Below are positions 1 through 13,901 of a stretch of DNA of 64,000 nucleotides, piece after piece. The position numbers were made by a program, and so were the translations under genes. Under the pieces are notes generated by a model, which worked only from the letters and a program-made list of their open reading frames with translations, ran no database searches and was not told the origin of the DNA. Location of the stretch: NCBI GenBank assembly GCA_050613775.1, contig JBODTK010000102.1, forward strand, positions 124,001-188,000. Reading direction: 5' to 3'. Origin of the DNA: Neocallimastix sp. 'constans' (lineage: Eukaryota). How positions within the stretch are numbered: the first letter of the stretch is position 1; every line of letters begins with the position of its first letter.

Positions 1-540
1 TTAATTATAATCAATGAAAATAAGTAAAAAATGAAAATATCAAAGAATTCAATAGGAAAAATACTGAATTATATAATAAGATTGATGACAAGTTCAAATT
101 GAGATTATTCAGAAGTGACTATTTAGATGCCATAATTAATAAAGTTTTGGTGTAGCGCATTATACGGTCTGAAGCTAAAGACAGAAATATTACTATAACT
201 GAAGTTATAGATGCTGCCGAATTCTATGATAAATTGGAAATTGAGTTAAGAATTAAAACACAAAACAATACAAGCGGTTCTTTGAAAAATAAAATTAATA
301 AAATTTCTAATTTTTTAAAAATCCTAAATTTAATAATAATAGTAATGTAAACAATTCCATTAGTAATAATTATATTAATTATAATAATAATAATAATAAT
401 TATGATTAAAATAATAATTTAATCAAGTCTAATTTTAACAATAAACATAAAGTTTCATATTGTATTTTGTAATGAAAAAGGTTATTCAATTTCGGACTGT
501 CTGGGATTTGAACAATTTAAATATTTTATAAGTGTAAAAT
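1..540 (+). pseudogene. Decayed retrotransposon gag-like fragment with zinc-knuckle remnant
   Basis: Interrupted reading frames (SEAKDRNITITEVIDAAEFYDKLEIELRIK) and a frameshifted Cys-knuckle-like segment (..CNEKGYSISDC) near 460-505. Confidence 0.3.
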
Positions 541-1829
541 AGTGAGAGATGTTAAGACACAACAAAAGGAGGAAATAAAATAAATTTTGTTTACACTATT
601 TATTTGTAAATAATTCGCTTTATTAGTAATAATTTTTATTAATTATAAAATTTAAAATTCTTATTAATATTAATTAAATAGTATAATATTTCGAATTATT
701 CATATGCTAATTAAATAGTTAATAAATACACCAAGAAAAAATATTCTCATTCGTGAACTTGGCACAATTTATTTTTTTAAAGTAAAAACAGTTTTAAAAT
801 GTAATAATAATTTTAAATAAATATTTAGAAATATTTTAGTAATAATTTATGATGAAAAACTTGTAGAAAAATAGATTTTAATTGATCAAAATGAATCTTA
901 TAAATAATAGAATAAAATAATTTTCAAAATAAGAATATCGATATTCATTTCGGTTGAATTACAAAACCGAAAGAATCTTTAACTTTCTATAATTTTTACA
1001 GAAGGAATATTTAATGAAGTTATTATCAAAAATTAATAAAATAATTAATTTTGCAAAATAGGTAGGAGTGTGAGTTGAACCCATGAAAAAATGATCATGA
1101 CCAAGGTAACTAACTATTAACCAAGATTCCTACTTTACTAACTTAGGACTTCGTTTCATGGTTTTTGGAGAATTGTTGACTTAGAAGTTATACAAGGTTG
1201 TTAAGATAATAACTGAATTTCAATTCAATTTCAATTTCAATAATTCAGTTATTTGAATTTCAATATTAATAAATAATAATATAATAATTATTACTATATT
1301 AACTTTATTAAAATATTTAGGAAATAGTCTAGGCCAACTAATTGACTAAATATTATTAACATATTGAAATTAATATATATTAAATAATGTAAACACGTGA
1401 TTGTCATATTAAATTAATTTTTATATTAATTTATTATCAAAATCTTTACATATTATATTTTAATTATTAAATATAATATTTAGCTATATTAGATTCTTAT
1501 ATTTTATTTATATTAAATATTTATATTATTATCTTACTTTATATTATCAATATCAAACTTATATTAATATTATTATATATTCATATTAATACTTAATATT
1601 TTAATAATTAGTTATTTTATATAAATACAAGTTTAAATCTTTTGATTAATCCTTTGTAGGATTATTACAATTTAAATTATAGTAATAATTATATAAAATA
1701 ATAATGTAATAAAATATTATTAAAATTAAATAAAATTTATATTTTAAATAAAAACTTAATTATAAAATTTACTAATAACAATATGTTTTAAATAAGAGCA
1801 AAATTAAATTATTAATTAATTACTATAAT

Positions 1830-4800
1830 TTGGCATCTTGACCTAATCGTTAAGACCAAATTATCTAAAAACTTTGGCAAAGGTAAGGAATAGGGACTGT
1901 TGGGTAGATGCGTGGATTGAATTGTTATAGCACAACTCTACTAGAAATAGAAAATCCATCCAGCTTTCATTATTGTAAGTATCAACAAAACATAATAAAT
2001 AGGTTTCTACGTATGCAATTTTCCTTTCAACTTCGCCTACATTCTTGTGGTGACTTATAGTAGATTAATCTGGAGAATTCTGGTAGTTCTTTCCATACCT
2101 GGCTTATAAACTGTGTTCCTCTATCGGTAGTTACAATCTTAGGGAATCTATGCAACCTATAAATTTCTTTTAGGAACGCATCATCAGTCTCGTTTGTGTT
2201 TGGTAGGTGTTTAAATCCTATTAAATGAATTATCTTGGTTAATTAATCACAGTACACCAAAATACAACTAGCTCATTTCGTTTTCTATATATATCTCTCG
2301 TCAGTTCTTACTCTACATTTTACCGTCAAATTTGTAAGACTTGCTGGATTTCGCTCCAGGACAAATCTGTAATTGGAGTTGTACCATATTCCTTATAACG
2401 GTCATTTTTCTTAGTAGTGCAAGTTTTACAGGCTTTCAAGTAACCTGAAATATCCTTCCTTATCTTTGGCCAGTAAAAGTTTCCTGACACCAGATCTGAG
2501 GTTTTGTCTATATCTAAGTGACCTCCATCTTCCGAGTCGTTGTTTAGTTTTATAATTGTCTTATACAAAGTGGGTACGTAAACTTGTTCCGGATTTTCCT
2601 TTCTACCAGAATACTGTCCATTTATAATCAATGTTATTTGTTGTAGTTATTTCTCGCTTCTTCTGTTAAATTTTTAAATACTTCTTGAGTCATCTTGTCC
2701 TATCGGTAGGCATTCTTAATATTATCTACAAAATTGTAGCTAAAGCTAAGTAGCTAGCTTCACTTTCTACTTCGACAAACCCAAACCATATGTTTTGGTT
2801 TCAAGAGTCTATCTTTATCGAAATTCTTACCCTCTGTCTTCTCCATTTCTTCTCTTGAGAGAGTATCAGTTTTACCATTCTTTTTTCCATGTCTATAAAC
2901 TATTTTAAACTAATCTATGGTTAATAATTCTTGGTGTCTAATCTGTCTAGGAGCTAACAACTGGAGTTTTGTGTCGAACTACAAGTTCCTGTAGTCGCTG
3001 TAAATTATAATCTTATGCTTTCCACCTTGTAGCAAGTGTCGTCATTCAGTAAAAGCAGTTTTTATAGGCAAAAGTTCTTTTTCAGTAGTTGAGTAGTTTA
3101 CCTCTGGTTTACTGAGGGTCATGGAATAATAATATATCGGGTGAAAGGTATCATCGTAATCTTTCTGGGATAACACTCCTCCGATGGCGAAATTACTAGC
3201 ATCATATTCGACAAAGAACTGTTTTTCGTATTTAATGTAAGCTAGCACTAACGGGGAGGTAAGCATTTTCTTTATCTTGTGAAAAGCGACTAATCCTTCT
3301 TTAGTCCACTTGAATTTTTCATTTTTTAAGCTCATATTGATCAAAGATTTAGCTAATTCGGAAAAATTCGTAATAAAGTTTCTGTGGTAATTTCAAAAGC
3401 TTAAGAAACTATGCATCAGTTTGAAATTTTCTGATTATGGCCATTCTGGAATGGCTTTTATTTTTTTAGGTTCAGTCTTAAAACCATCTTTGCTGATCAC
3501 ATTCCATATAAAGAATATTTTTAACTTGTATAGTTCACATTTGGATTTTTTAGATACAAATTTGTATTTATTTAACTTTTTTAAAGTAGTACGAACATAT
3601 TATGCATGTTCCTCCAACGTTCAAGAGTATTAGCATATTATCAGAGGTAGTAGTAAATGTTAAGGGTTAATTCTCAATTTGAAACCCATTTCTTTGGTTT
3701 ACTGCGAATATATAAGGTTAATTTTTGAAACGGTATCATATATCACTTATAGGTTTTGGAGCCCCTTTTTAGTATAGTAGTTACTTCTTGTGATTGAAAT
3801 TCACAATTAGAAATTTTGGTCACAAGCTGGTTATCGATGAGTAACTTTAAGACATTTTGTATATAACCCTAACCCTACAAATAGTAATACTAAGGACACA
3901 AGTTATCTTGTCGGTTGTCGCTTAGTAAAATTATTTATAGCTAAAGTAAAATTCCGTAGGTTTGTCGTTATAATTATTGTTAGAGATAATTTTCATTGGC
4001 CGAAGTTTTACTTAATAATTTACGGAAAGTAGTGACGGCGACTCTGGCTAAGATTGATTTCCAATGTCTGAAAATTGTACTAGAGAATTTCCGAATGGTT
4101 GAAAGCATCTTGCCACATAAGATTTATTATCTTTTGGTCTAATAAATAGTTCTTGTAATCATTTATTAAGTACTAGTCTTTTTAAACTTATTTTATCAAT
4201 AGTAGCGATTATCATTAATAAAGTATTATTTTCTTTAGGGTAATCTAGAAAGTTTTTCACTGATAAATTATCTTAGCGGTACTTTTTCCCTGGTCATCGT
4301 AGCTAATTTAAATTTTATGTTTTTCAAGTAAGTTATATTCGGAAAGTATATTATGATCAAAATGATCTTCTGTATTAAAGTGGGTGTTATATGTGAATAA
4401 ATGAGCTTCTTTATTATTAGAGTTCTTCACCTTGAGAGAAATATTAATATTAATATGGTCAGTTATATAGGGCTCATTTCCTATTTCTTTGGCTAATGTA
4501 AATTTTTCTTTTAATTTAATTTTTAATTCTTGAAACAATTTCGGAATAATAATATTTATACTAAAGAATGAATCAGAATATATTTAAATTTCTTCCCTTA
4601 TTGATGGATCCGTAGGGTTGTTGATTATTCCTTTGGGAACAACAAATTTTATAGTATTTCTTGGGTTAATTTAAGAATTTCACTTACCACCATTATAGTT
4701 GGCAAGGGATTGCTATTGTATGAAAAGATTCTGCTGGACCATATGAAGTTTCTTTTTCAAGACGTAGGGTTTTCGTTTGAATGAACCTTTCTTTTTTTCC

Positions 4801-5881
4801 TGGTATTTCTCATTACCATTTTTCCCTATAAAAATGAAATAATTTGTGCTTCGTTTTTCCACTATCTTTTTTAACGTTTTCGTATTTTTTTTTTGTTTTA
4901 CAAAATTTCTATATTTTGTACTGTATACACCTAACAATACAGCAACTAGAGCTAGGTTGTCTTGGTGACTTTTCCTTTTTTCTAACTTCTAATCATAGTA
5001 CATTCTCTTCTAAATTTCACAACGGATTAGGCAGCGACTTAAGTCCTTCAAAGTGATCTTCGTAGGGTTGTCAGATTCTAAGTTCAATGGGATTAAACCC
5101 CCGGATGGTCATACCTGATAATTTAGGATATCTTTTCTTTCTTCTTCAGTACAACCGATTGCCCCGGTAAGTCTGTTGAATTCGGCAAGGTTCTTGTAAA
5201 CCTTATCCCATTCATGTTTCAGCTGGAGGATTTAGATTTCATTAACTCCTTGAATTCTTCCAAATGAAAATCGGCCCTCCTATATTTGAACAAATTAGTA
5301 ACATCGGGCCATCTTTCCTAAGTCTCTTTCTGGATAGCTTAGTACCACAGAAGGTAAGTAATGTAGTATAACTTTGCTTGTTCATCTTAAAAATATCTAC
5401 AATATTGATAGAAGTGACTCATGCACCTATCGATAAAAGTATTAGATAGCTTCTCCATGGAAGTAGAATGGTTGTTCCTGTTGAGAAGCGATGGTATCCC
5501 TGATGACTACATCGCCATCAGCATCTCTTGGAGTCTTTGGAGCCAGGCTACCTTTAAGTTATTCATTAATATAAGTAGCCATCCTTTCCTTGGCGTCTCG
5601 ATACTCTCCAGGTTTTATTTCTCCTCCTTATTCAGCATGGAATTATCCACTGGGAATTTGTCTCGAACAGCTTTACCAAAAATACTGAACCTCTTTTACA
5701 AGTAGGTTAAATGCGTGTCTTTCTTAATTTTATTATTATTTATGACCTCCACTGTTGAGGCCAGGCTTTCAATCATTTTCTTTAAATAATTAAACTAAAA
5801 CGTCCGAAGGGTTGTGTCCGTTTTCCTATTATCCTTGGAGTCTTCTTCTTGGTTTCTAGAGGCCTTTGGGATGTCTGACAT
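1830..5881 (-). mobile_element. Degenerate Ty3/gypsy LTR retrotransposon (gag-RT-RNaseH-integrase remnants)
   Basis: ORF 3042-3344 has RNase H motifs (YDASNFAIGGVLSQ, NYSTTEKELL). ORF 2326-2631 has the integrase zinc finger (GHLDIDKT..FYWPKIRKDI..CKTC). The order RT-RH-IN is gypsy-type. Gag-like start at 5881; many stops and frameshifts; ends approximate. Confidence 0.85.
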
Positions 5882-6779
5882 ATTTGTTTAATAAATTAAT
5901 CATTTTTGTTAATTCTTTAAATTTATTTAAAAACGTTAACAATGTCAAATATACTAAAATAACTTTTAAATTAATAACACATTTTATTTAAAATATATTT
6001 AAGAAATTATTAAAGAAATTTATTTAATTTTTATTAAAATAGATCTTTTAAAAATAATAAAATTATCTTCGATTTTAAAAATCGGGAAAAAATTAGTAAA
6101 AATAGGTTTTATAAGTTTTTAAGAAAAATTGTTAAAGTTTACAGTTTTACTATTTTTTTATTTAAGTGTTTATATTATTAATATAAATATGGAAATTATA
6201 AAAATTAAAATTAAATTTAAGCATACTAACGCAGAAGCTTAATTACTACAAAGCTTTTTACATTGAATAAATTATTGTTTTATATTGAATAATTTTTAAT
6301 ATAATTATTTAACTTTTTACTAATTAGAATTTATTTAATCAAATACTTTCTATTCACTTATATAACTATTAAATTAATAATTATTTTTGTTTTTAAATTT
6401 TATTATTTTAATTAATCCATTATAAGATTAATTTAACCACAGTACAAATACCATGGGTTCTTGACAGTAGCTGAATTCTTCGTTTCATGATCCACCTCCA
6501 GAATTCAGATACTAGACGAATCTAACATTTAGGCAAAACTTGTACTACAGCTAAACTAAAATAAAAATAATTAACGATTTAATGAATTAAAATAAAATTA
6601 TGTAATATTAATAAAGTTACATAAATAAAATATACAATAATATTAAATGAAAATTAATAATATTTAAAAATAATATTTAGAAAATTATTTAATAATATAT
6701 AATAATTGCGTTATTTATAAAGTAATATAAGTTTGATATTAATAAAGTAAATATTCATTTTCGAACTTTGATTTTAGTT

Positions 6780-8990
6780 ATTTTTGTTAAATTCTTTTAA
6801 GAGTTCAGGGCAGTTTAATTTTGCTTCAGTTTTTTCAAGATGATTCGGATAAAGGAAGGCTTTTCCATTTAATAAGATATTGAATTTTCCCATAATTCTT
6901 CTTTTTATCAAAAATTTTTCAACTTAATATTCTTTTTCATTATATTAAACTACTGGTGGTGGTAGTTCTTTCTATTTTCCAAAGTGATTTTCATAAAATA
7001 GTTCAAGTTCAGATGTATGTATTATAGGATAGATTATAATATTTTTGGGTAAGAATAACATGTATGAAACCGAAGAAGTTTTCTTGATGATTTTATAAGA
7101 ACCATGTTTTCTAAGTTTGAATTTTTTATTTTCATTATTAATTATAAGTAAACTATTGAATCACACTTTATCACCTTGTTTAAAACTTGATGCTTCAATA
7201 TTATATATTTTTATGAATTCTTGTTTTTTCATGCTTGTTTTATAATTTCATTAAGTGTTTTAAAAAATTATGAAAGATTTTTTTGAATTTATCAAGTTAA
7301 GGGATATCTGTTAAGCTTGGAATTTCTGGTGAATATCTTGGATTATATCCATAATTTCCATAAAAAGTGTATACTTAATTGATTCCTGAATTGAATTACT
7401 ATAACTTTATTCTACTTGAAATAAAAAATTTCTCCAACCAGAACTTTTGAGGTTTGAATAACATCTTAAGTATTGTTCAATAACAGAATTTACCCTCTTC
7501 GTTAAACCTAGGGTTTAGTGATAGAAGGGAAAAGTAGGTTTCATTGTGATATTGAGGGATTTACAAATAGCTGACAAAAATATTGAAATGAATAAAGTAC
7601 TTCTGTCAGTAACAACATTGAAAGGTAGTCCATAAATACGAAAAATATAATTTGTAAAAAAGGAAGCCATATCAGAAGCAGAAGGTAATTTAAAAAAAAG
7701 AAAAATGTGACTTAATTTTGAAATTGATTTCTGAAAGAAATAACGACCAACCAACCAAATTTAAGGCATCTTTTCTAGGATTAGGATTAGGTGTTGGTTC
7801 ATTTAGAAGGTGTCTATATCTAAAAGTTCTTTTTATATATAGGATAGTTTCTTTGTATAGAATTAAGAGATCTAGAGAAGAAAGCAACTTGATGAATTTT
7901 GTTATCTTTAGGAGTAGTTTGGGATAGAAGTACATCGATAGCTGTAACTAATCTAATAATTTCAGAAATTAGATGAGGGGTTTAATAGCTAGTTACATTG
8001 ACTAATACTACAGGTTTCGATTTTGACTTCGACCTAATTTACAAAATTATTATTTTAAATATTTATTAATAATATTTTTTATAATTTTCTTTCTATAAAT
8101 ATTATAGAATTTCATGATTTTCTCGGTTAATTTATTTAATCAAGAAATTATATGAAAATCCTAATTTTATAAATTTTATTATTACTTAAGAATTTTTATA
8201 CTTTTTCGTTTAATAAACTATTTTAAAGAAAAAGTATAAATATGAGTGATTTCTTCAACAAAAAACTTTTTCTTTGTGTTTTTATTTTTTTAAAAACTAT
8301 CAATATATAAGTAATACATTAGTTATAGCTAATTAATATTTTAATAAATTCTTATTAATAAAGTAAATATTTTATAAAACAAATTTTCTTTATTTATATT
8401 ATATATATATTTATAATTTCGACCAGTTGAGTCAACAAAGATTTTTGTTTAATATTATTAATAATTAATTCCCTTTAATAATATTTAGCACAAAAACGTT
8501 ATATGGCAAAGTTACTACTGCCAATTTCAACCATGAACGGAAGTTCACGATTAGGATTAGCGAGAATAAAAGTAGAAAAAAATTTTGACTTGATGTTATC
8601 AAATGCGGTTTGAGTTTCAGTAGTCCAATTGAATTTAGAGTTTTTCTTCATTAAAAATAATGAAAAGAATGAGCAATAAATGCCACCCTAGGAATAAATC
8701 GTTGATAATAATTTGTTAATCCAAGAAATGATTGTAATTCTTTTACATTATTAGGAATAACTCATTCTAAGATAAAAGAAACTTTTTTAGGATCAATAAA
8801 TATTCATTTTGATGAAATTCTGTGACCAAAGAAGTCCAGGAATAGATACAAAATTCACATTTTTTAAATTTTTCATCTAAACTGGCATTTCTTAAATTTT
8901 TAAAACTTAAATAAGATGTTGGAAGTGAGTATCCATGACAAGAGAAAAAATAATTATATTATCAATATAACAATAAAGAACCAATACTTT
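6780..8990 (-). mobile_element. Fragmented gypsy/chromovirus pol remnants (RT, integrase core, chromodomain)
   Basis: Integrase core IFRIYGLPFNVVTDRS in ORF 7515-7754. Chromodomain-like translation near 6790-6935 (VEK..DKKKNYGKIQYLIKWKSLP..NCPELLKEFNK). RT remnant near 8570-8990. Confidence 0.75.
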
Positions 8991-9304
8991 ATGAAAATTG
9001 GTTTTGTTTGAAAAAATGGTAATATATATAATATTTTTAATCTTTTCTCATTATTTTATTTTAATTTCTTTAATTAATTCATTTCTGATTTTTAAAATCA
9101 AATTTTTATATATTTTATATCCATTTATTTTAAATAAAATAAATAAAACACTTATTAATTTTTTAAATTCGTTATAAATTAATTTATACTTAAATTAATT
9201 CCTGTTTAAAATTAATTGTATTTGGTATTGCTAACGGTTTTTATACGACTTTACAATATTAAATATAATTTTACATAAATAAAAATAATACTACAAACAC
9301 ACCA

Positions 9305-12290
9305 ATGGCATCAACCGGTTCGACATCCAAAGACGCTAAGGATACTTAAAAGTCTGATATAACCCTTCAGACGTCTCAATTTAACTCAAGAAAATGATAA
9401 AAATTTTAACCACACCAGTTTAGGTCATAAACACTCATATCAGTAAGATCGACTCCTATCTAGGCTCCTTGGAGGAGAGGTTTAATATATTTGGGAAAGC
9501 CGTAGAAGAAAAGTTTAAAAAATATACTTCTAGGTTTGATACCAAAGAGAAGCAAAGCTTAGAAAGTATTGAGTACACCAAATAGAGAATGGCTACAAAC
9601 ATTAATAAATAACTAAAAAGTAGCCAGGTTCCAAAAACCTAGGGATGCTGACAGTGACATGGTTATTAGGAATATTATTACCCCTCAGCAAGAATCACTT
9701 TTTTACTTCCATGGCAAAGACATAGAAGTAAATATTGTTTTTGGTAGATGCAAAAGTCATTTCTATGTATAGTTTAGTAGTTATCTTTATTATGAATAAG
9801 CAAAGGTATACTATGTTACAGACTTCCTACTAGGAAATACTGCTCTGTGGTACCAAGCTATACAGAAGGAAATTTAAGAAAGACGCCACGATTTTACGAA
9901 GTTATTGGAAGAAACAAATGCCGATTTTCAGTTGGAATAAAAAATAGATCTTATGAAATCTAAACTTCTCAAGCTAAAACATGAATGGGCTAAGATTTAT
10001 GATTACCTTGCTGAATTCAACCACTTCACCAGAGCTATCGGTTGTACTGAAGAGCGAAGAAAAAGCATTATAAACTACCAGGACCGATCATTTGTCTAAA
10101 AAGAATTTATAGACTTAGAAATGACAAAAAAGATAAGGTTACCTTGAATGATTTAACTCACTGACTGATTAGCTGCGATATTGACTAGAAAAAATACTAT
10201 AAAAGTTAGAAAAGAGGTATCACCGCCAGGACAACTGGGCTATTGGTGCAGCTCTACTATGAATCTTCAACATTGAATATAGAATATTTATTAAAGATAA
10301 TGAAAAATATGAATTTACTAAGAGGGATGGCCGGAAAAAGAAATACAAATAATATACTATGTACAAAGAAAAAAAAGTCTAGAAGAATTGCTGTGAAAAG
10401 GAAAAGTTAATAATGACAGATAAAATAAACTTCAAAAGGCCTAGCAGGATCTTTTCAAGAAATAACAATTATCTGCCTTTTACAATGCTGTTAAGGGAAA
10501 TTCCAAATCTAACCAGAGAAATATCAGAAAATTTTGTTGTTCTTAATGGAACAGTCAACAACTCTATTGATTCAAAAAATATAAATTTTAATATTTCTGG
10601 ATCCTTGATTTAACATAAATTTTATTCTTAAAAAATTAATTCAAGAAATAATAATTAATGTAAAAGAAAAATTTATATTAGTTGAGGTAAAAGTGAAAGA
10701 ACCAATCCTACATACCATAACTAACCAGATATATATCAATACTAATTTTGTCGTGAAGGGCTCCAACAATAATAAAAACCCAGTCATTCGCATGTACTAC
10801 TCGCTTTAACATATTAGATTACTTTAAAAATACCATATATCTAAGACCAAATTTCCAAGAAAAACTTAAAATTTACATCAATTACGATTACCAGGGAAAA
10901 GGGAAAACTGACCACAAAAATAGCCCAATCGATAAAAAATCATTTAGACTACTCTTCGGAAAAGAAGATTTACCTGATTACCATTGCCATTAACGAAGAA
11001 CTAAATTTGAAAGAACTTATACCTTATAAAGGACAATATGAGTTATTTATTAAATCAATAAATCTATTATAACAAGATGTACTCAACTCTCCGAAAATTC
11101 TATAGGGCAAACTCTGGTCAACGAAAAGCAATTTAGTCAGAGTCTCTACAACTACCCTCCGGAAATTCTTCAGGATAAACTTTGGCCAGTGAAAATTATT
11201 ATCAGCCAGAATCAAAATGACTACCCTACGGAAATTCTTTTGGCATTAATTTAGCCAGAAATAATATTCCTAGGCCATATAGTGCAAGACAACCTTACAG
11301 TAGAAGTTCGAGACATCGCAACGTTATTAGTAATACAGTATGTACTAAATGAAAAATACCTTTAGAAGACTTCGAAAGAATTAGAAAAGAATATTGCTAT
11401 GCTTGAATTGAAGCATAAAACGAAAATTTGGCCAATACTCTACCCAAACATAGGCCATATGATTGTGATATATGGTTGAAGGAAGGAACCACTTTTTTTT
11501 ACAATCCAATTTACCCTACATCCAAAGATGAGGACAAAAAATACAAAAATGCTAAGACAATCTAGCCAATAAATTCATAGGAAGATCAATCTCCAGCTGA
11601 ACTCCTGGTTCTATTTCCAAGAATGAAAAATGGGAACTTCGACTATGTATTGACTACTAAAAGCTAAATCAGCAAACCTTACGGAATACCTAGTTACTTC
11701 GCTAATCACCATTAATTCGAGGCCATGAAAGACTCGAAAAATTATAATAGGTTTGAGATAAAAGTACTAATAATCTTAAATGTATGTAAAAAGGCGACAA
11801 ATTTAAAATCTCCTTTCGTATCAAATATGAACATTTTGAATACATAGTGACACCTTTTGCGCTCACTAACGCTCCTGAAGTTACTGTTTTCGGTGATGTA
11901 ATTAACAAGAAATTTCATGTATATTTAGACAATATTATTATCAATTCAAAAAAATTCGAAGAATATGTTAAGTAGGTACTAACTGTCATACAACAGCGAA
12001 TAGACAACATGTTTGTAGCAAAAATTTCCAAGTGCGAATTTAACAAGCTCGAACTGGAATTCCTTGACCACATTATTAGTAGTGAAAGAATTAAGACTGA
12101 CCTTCACAAGCTTGAAGCTATTACTTCCTGGACAACTCCTACCAATATCAAATAAGACCAATCATTTATAGGGTTCTGTAATTATTATCATCTTTAGATC
12201 AAAGTCTTCTCCAGGATCGCCAGGCCTATTCATCATCTTACTAAGAAAGATGTTGAATTCCAATGGAATGATGACTTCCAGGCTGGTTTT
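9305..12290 (+). mobile_element. Degenerate Ty3/gypsy element, same family as 1830-5881 in opposite orientation
   Basis: Gag and protease-region segments align with the reverse complement of 4300-5880. RT remnants at 11640-12280 (VTPFALTNAP, VYLDNIII, QSFIGFCNYY). Confidence 0.8.
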
Positions 12291-13901
12291 TACATGGATT
12301 CTATTAAAAGACAAAGTTCAATTTTAGAACTAGGAATATCTATTAGCAAAACAAAATCAAGTACTACTGATAAAAATACAGTCAAAATGACTGAAACTTC
12401 AGTAGTTAACATTAATGAAATAGAGTCTAATAGTAAAGTTTCTGATATAAATATAATTAGCCACCATAATCGTTAGCCCTTTACAAGCCACAATAAAACA
12501 AAAATTTTAATAATAATATTAGATATAATTCTGATTTTATAAATGTAAAATTTCGTTAATTCAACTTTTAGAAATTTGTCTGAAATTAAGATCTAAATTA
12601 GATAAATTTTTTAAAATTATAAAAATTAAAAATTTCAAATTCAATTGACATTTATGATTTTATTCCCCATTATGATATTTCTAATTATAATAATCATAAA
12701 TTCAAAGAAGATGACTTTGGCATAGCTATGGTTTCCATTGATAACCTGGAAAATAAATTATTAGTTGTTAGAAGTAATACAAATTTTATTTTCAGTGATT
12801 ATTCTAATAAATTACCTAGTAAATACGATATTATTGGTACCTGCCTTGGGTGTATTTATGAGACTTTAAGTAATGATACTATCAGGGATTCTATAGTGGT
12901 CTAACTTTTCATTACTATTAATAATTCTTTTATATCTAATTTTTGTATTATAATTAATACTTATAATAAATTTAATTAACTATTAGGTATTAAAACAATT
13001 GTTAACTATTATTTCTTTATATGTCCTATTTCTAAATTAATGTATCGATTAAATTCTATTTCTTAACTTAATGTTATTATATCTTTATTTGAAGATGAAA
13101 ATTTAGAATATATATCCTATTTTATTAAATGTATTGGTAAAAATATATCTATTTACTTTTTTAAATTTTTATAATCAAAATAATACGTTAATAAATTAGA
13201 TAATGCTAGAAAAATTGTGCCTCAAATTGAAAATATTCAAATTAATAAAAGTATGCCATAAACTATTATACCACAGGAAGAAAACCTTTCTCTTATAGAA
13301 TACATATAATCTAAAGATTTTCAGATAAAAATTAAATGTACTTTTTAATTGAATAATTTTAAGCATTTAATGATTGTTACTGACATTGTTGTCACTTCTA
13401 CTAAACAACTTTCTCTATTCAAAATGAGATCCAACCATATTCATTTATTTAAAAATGGTGTTCATTTTATAATTAGATTTTATATACATAATTGACAAAG
13501 TCTAATTCTTTAAATTTGAACTGATTAAACTTATCAACAAAAGTTTAATTATTCCATCTTATTTTACTTGGTCTTCATCAATTATCTTTGCTATGAAAAA
13601 TTATGGAAAATGGATACTTCGCACTAATTAAAGAAAGCTGAACTCAATGACTGTTCCTGATTAGTATTTTTTTCCTAACATTGATTTTTAATTCATTCGG
13701 TGGTGTTATAATTTTCTTTATACTAGATTTTTTTTCAAGATATAATCAAATATGTATTTTGAAGATAATATTAATTTTACCAGTTTTACCACAAAATTTG
13801 GAAATTTTGTATACAAAGTTATGGCATTTGATATTAAAGGTGCTTCAGTCACATTTCAGAGAGAAATGAATCATATTCGTTTTGATTTATTGATTTATTA
13901 G
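12290..13901 (+). pseudogene. Gypsy protease/RT remnant of another family; RT continues at 18536
   Basis: Motifs KYDIIG, LDFFSRYNQI and VMAFDIKGASVTFQREMN. The frame ..DLL|GKCVFVFI is restored by joining 13901 to 18536. Confidence 0.6.

Noticed and set aside
1061..1085. GGTAGGAGTGTGAGTTGAACCCATG, whose reverse complement resembles a tRNA T-arm/3' end (B-box-like)
   Set aside because: Too short and imperfect, with no cloverleaf and no clear adjacent LTR; it could be an old PBS or chance.
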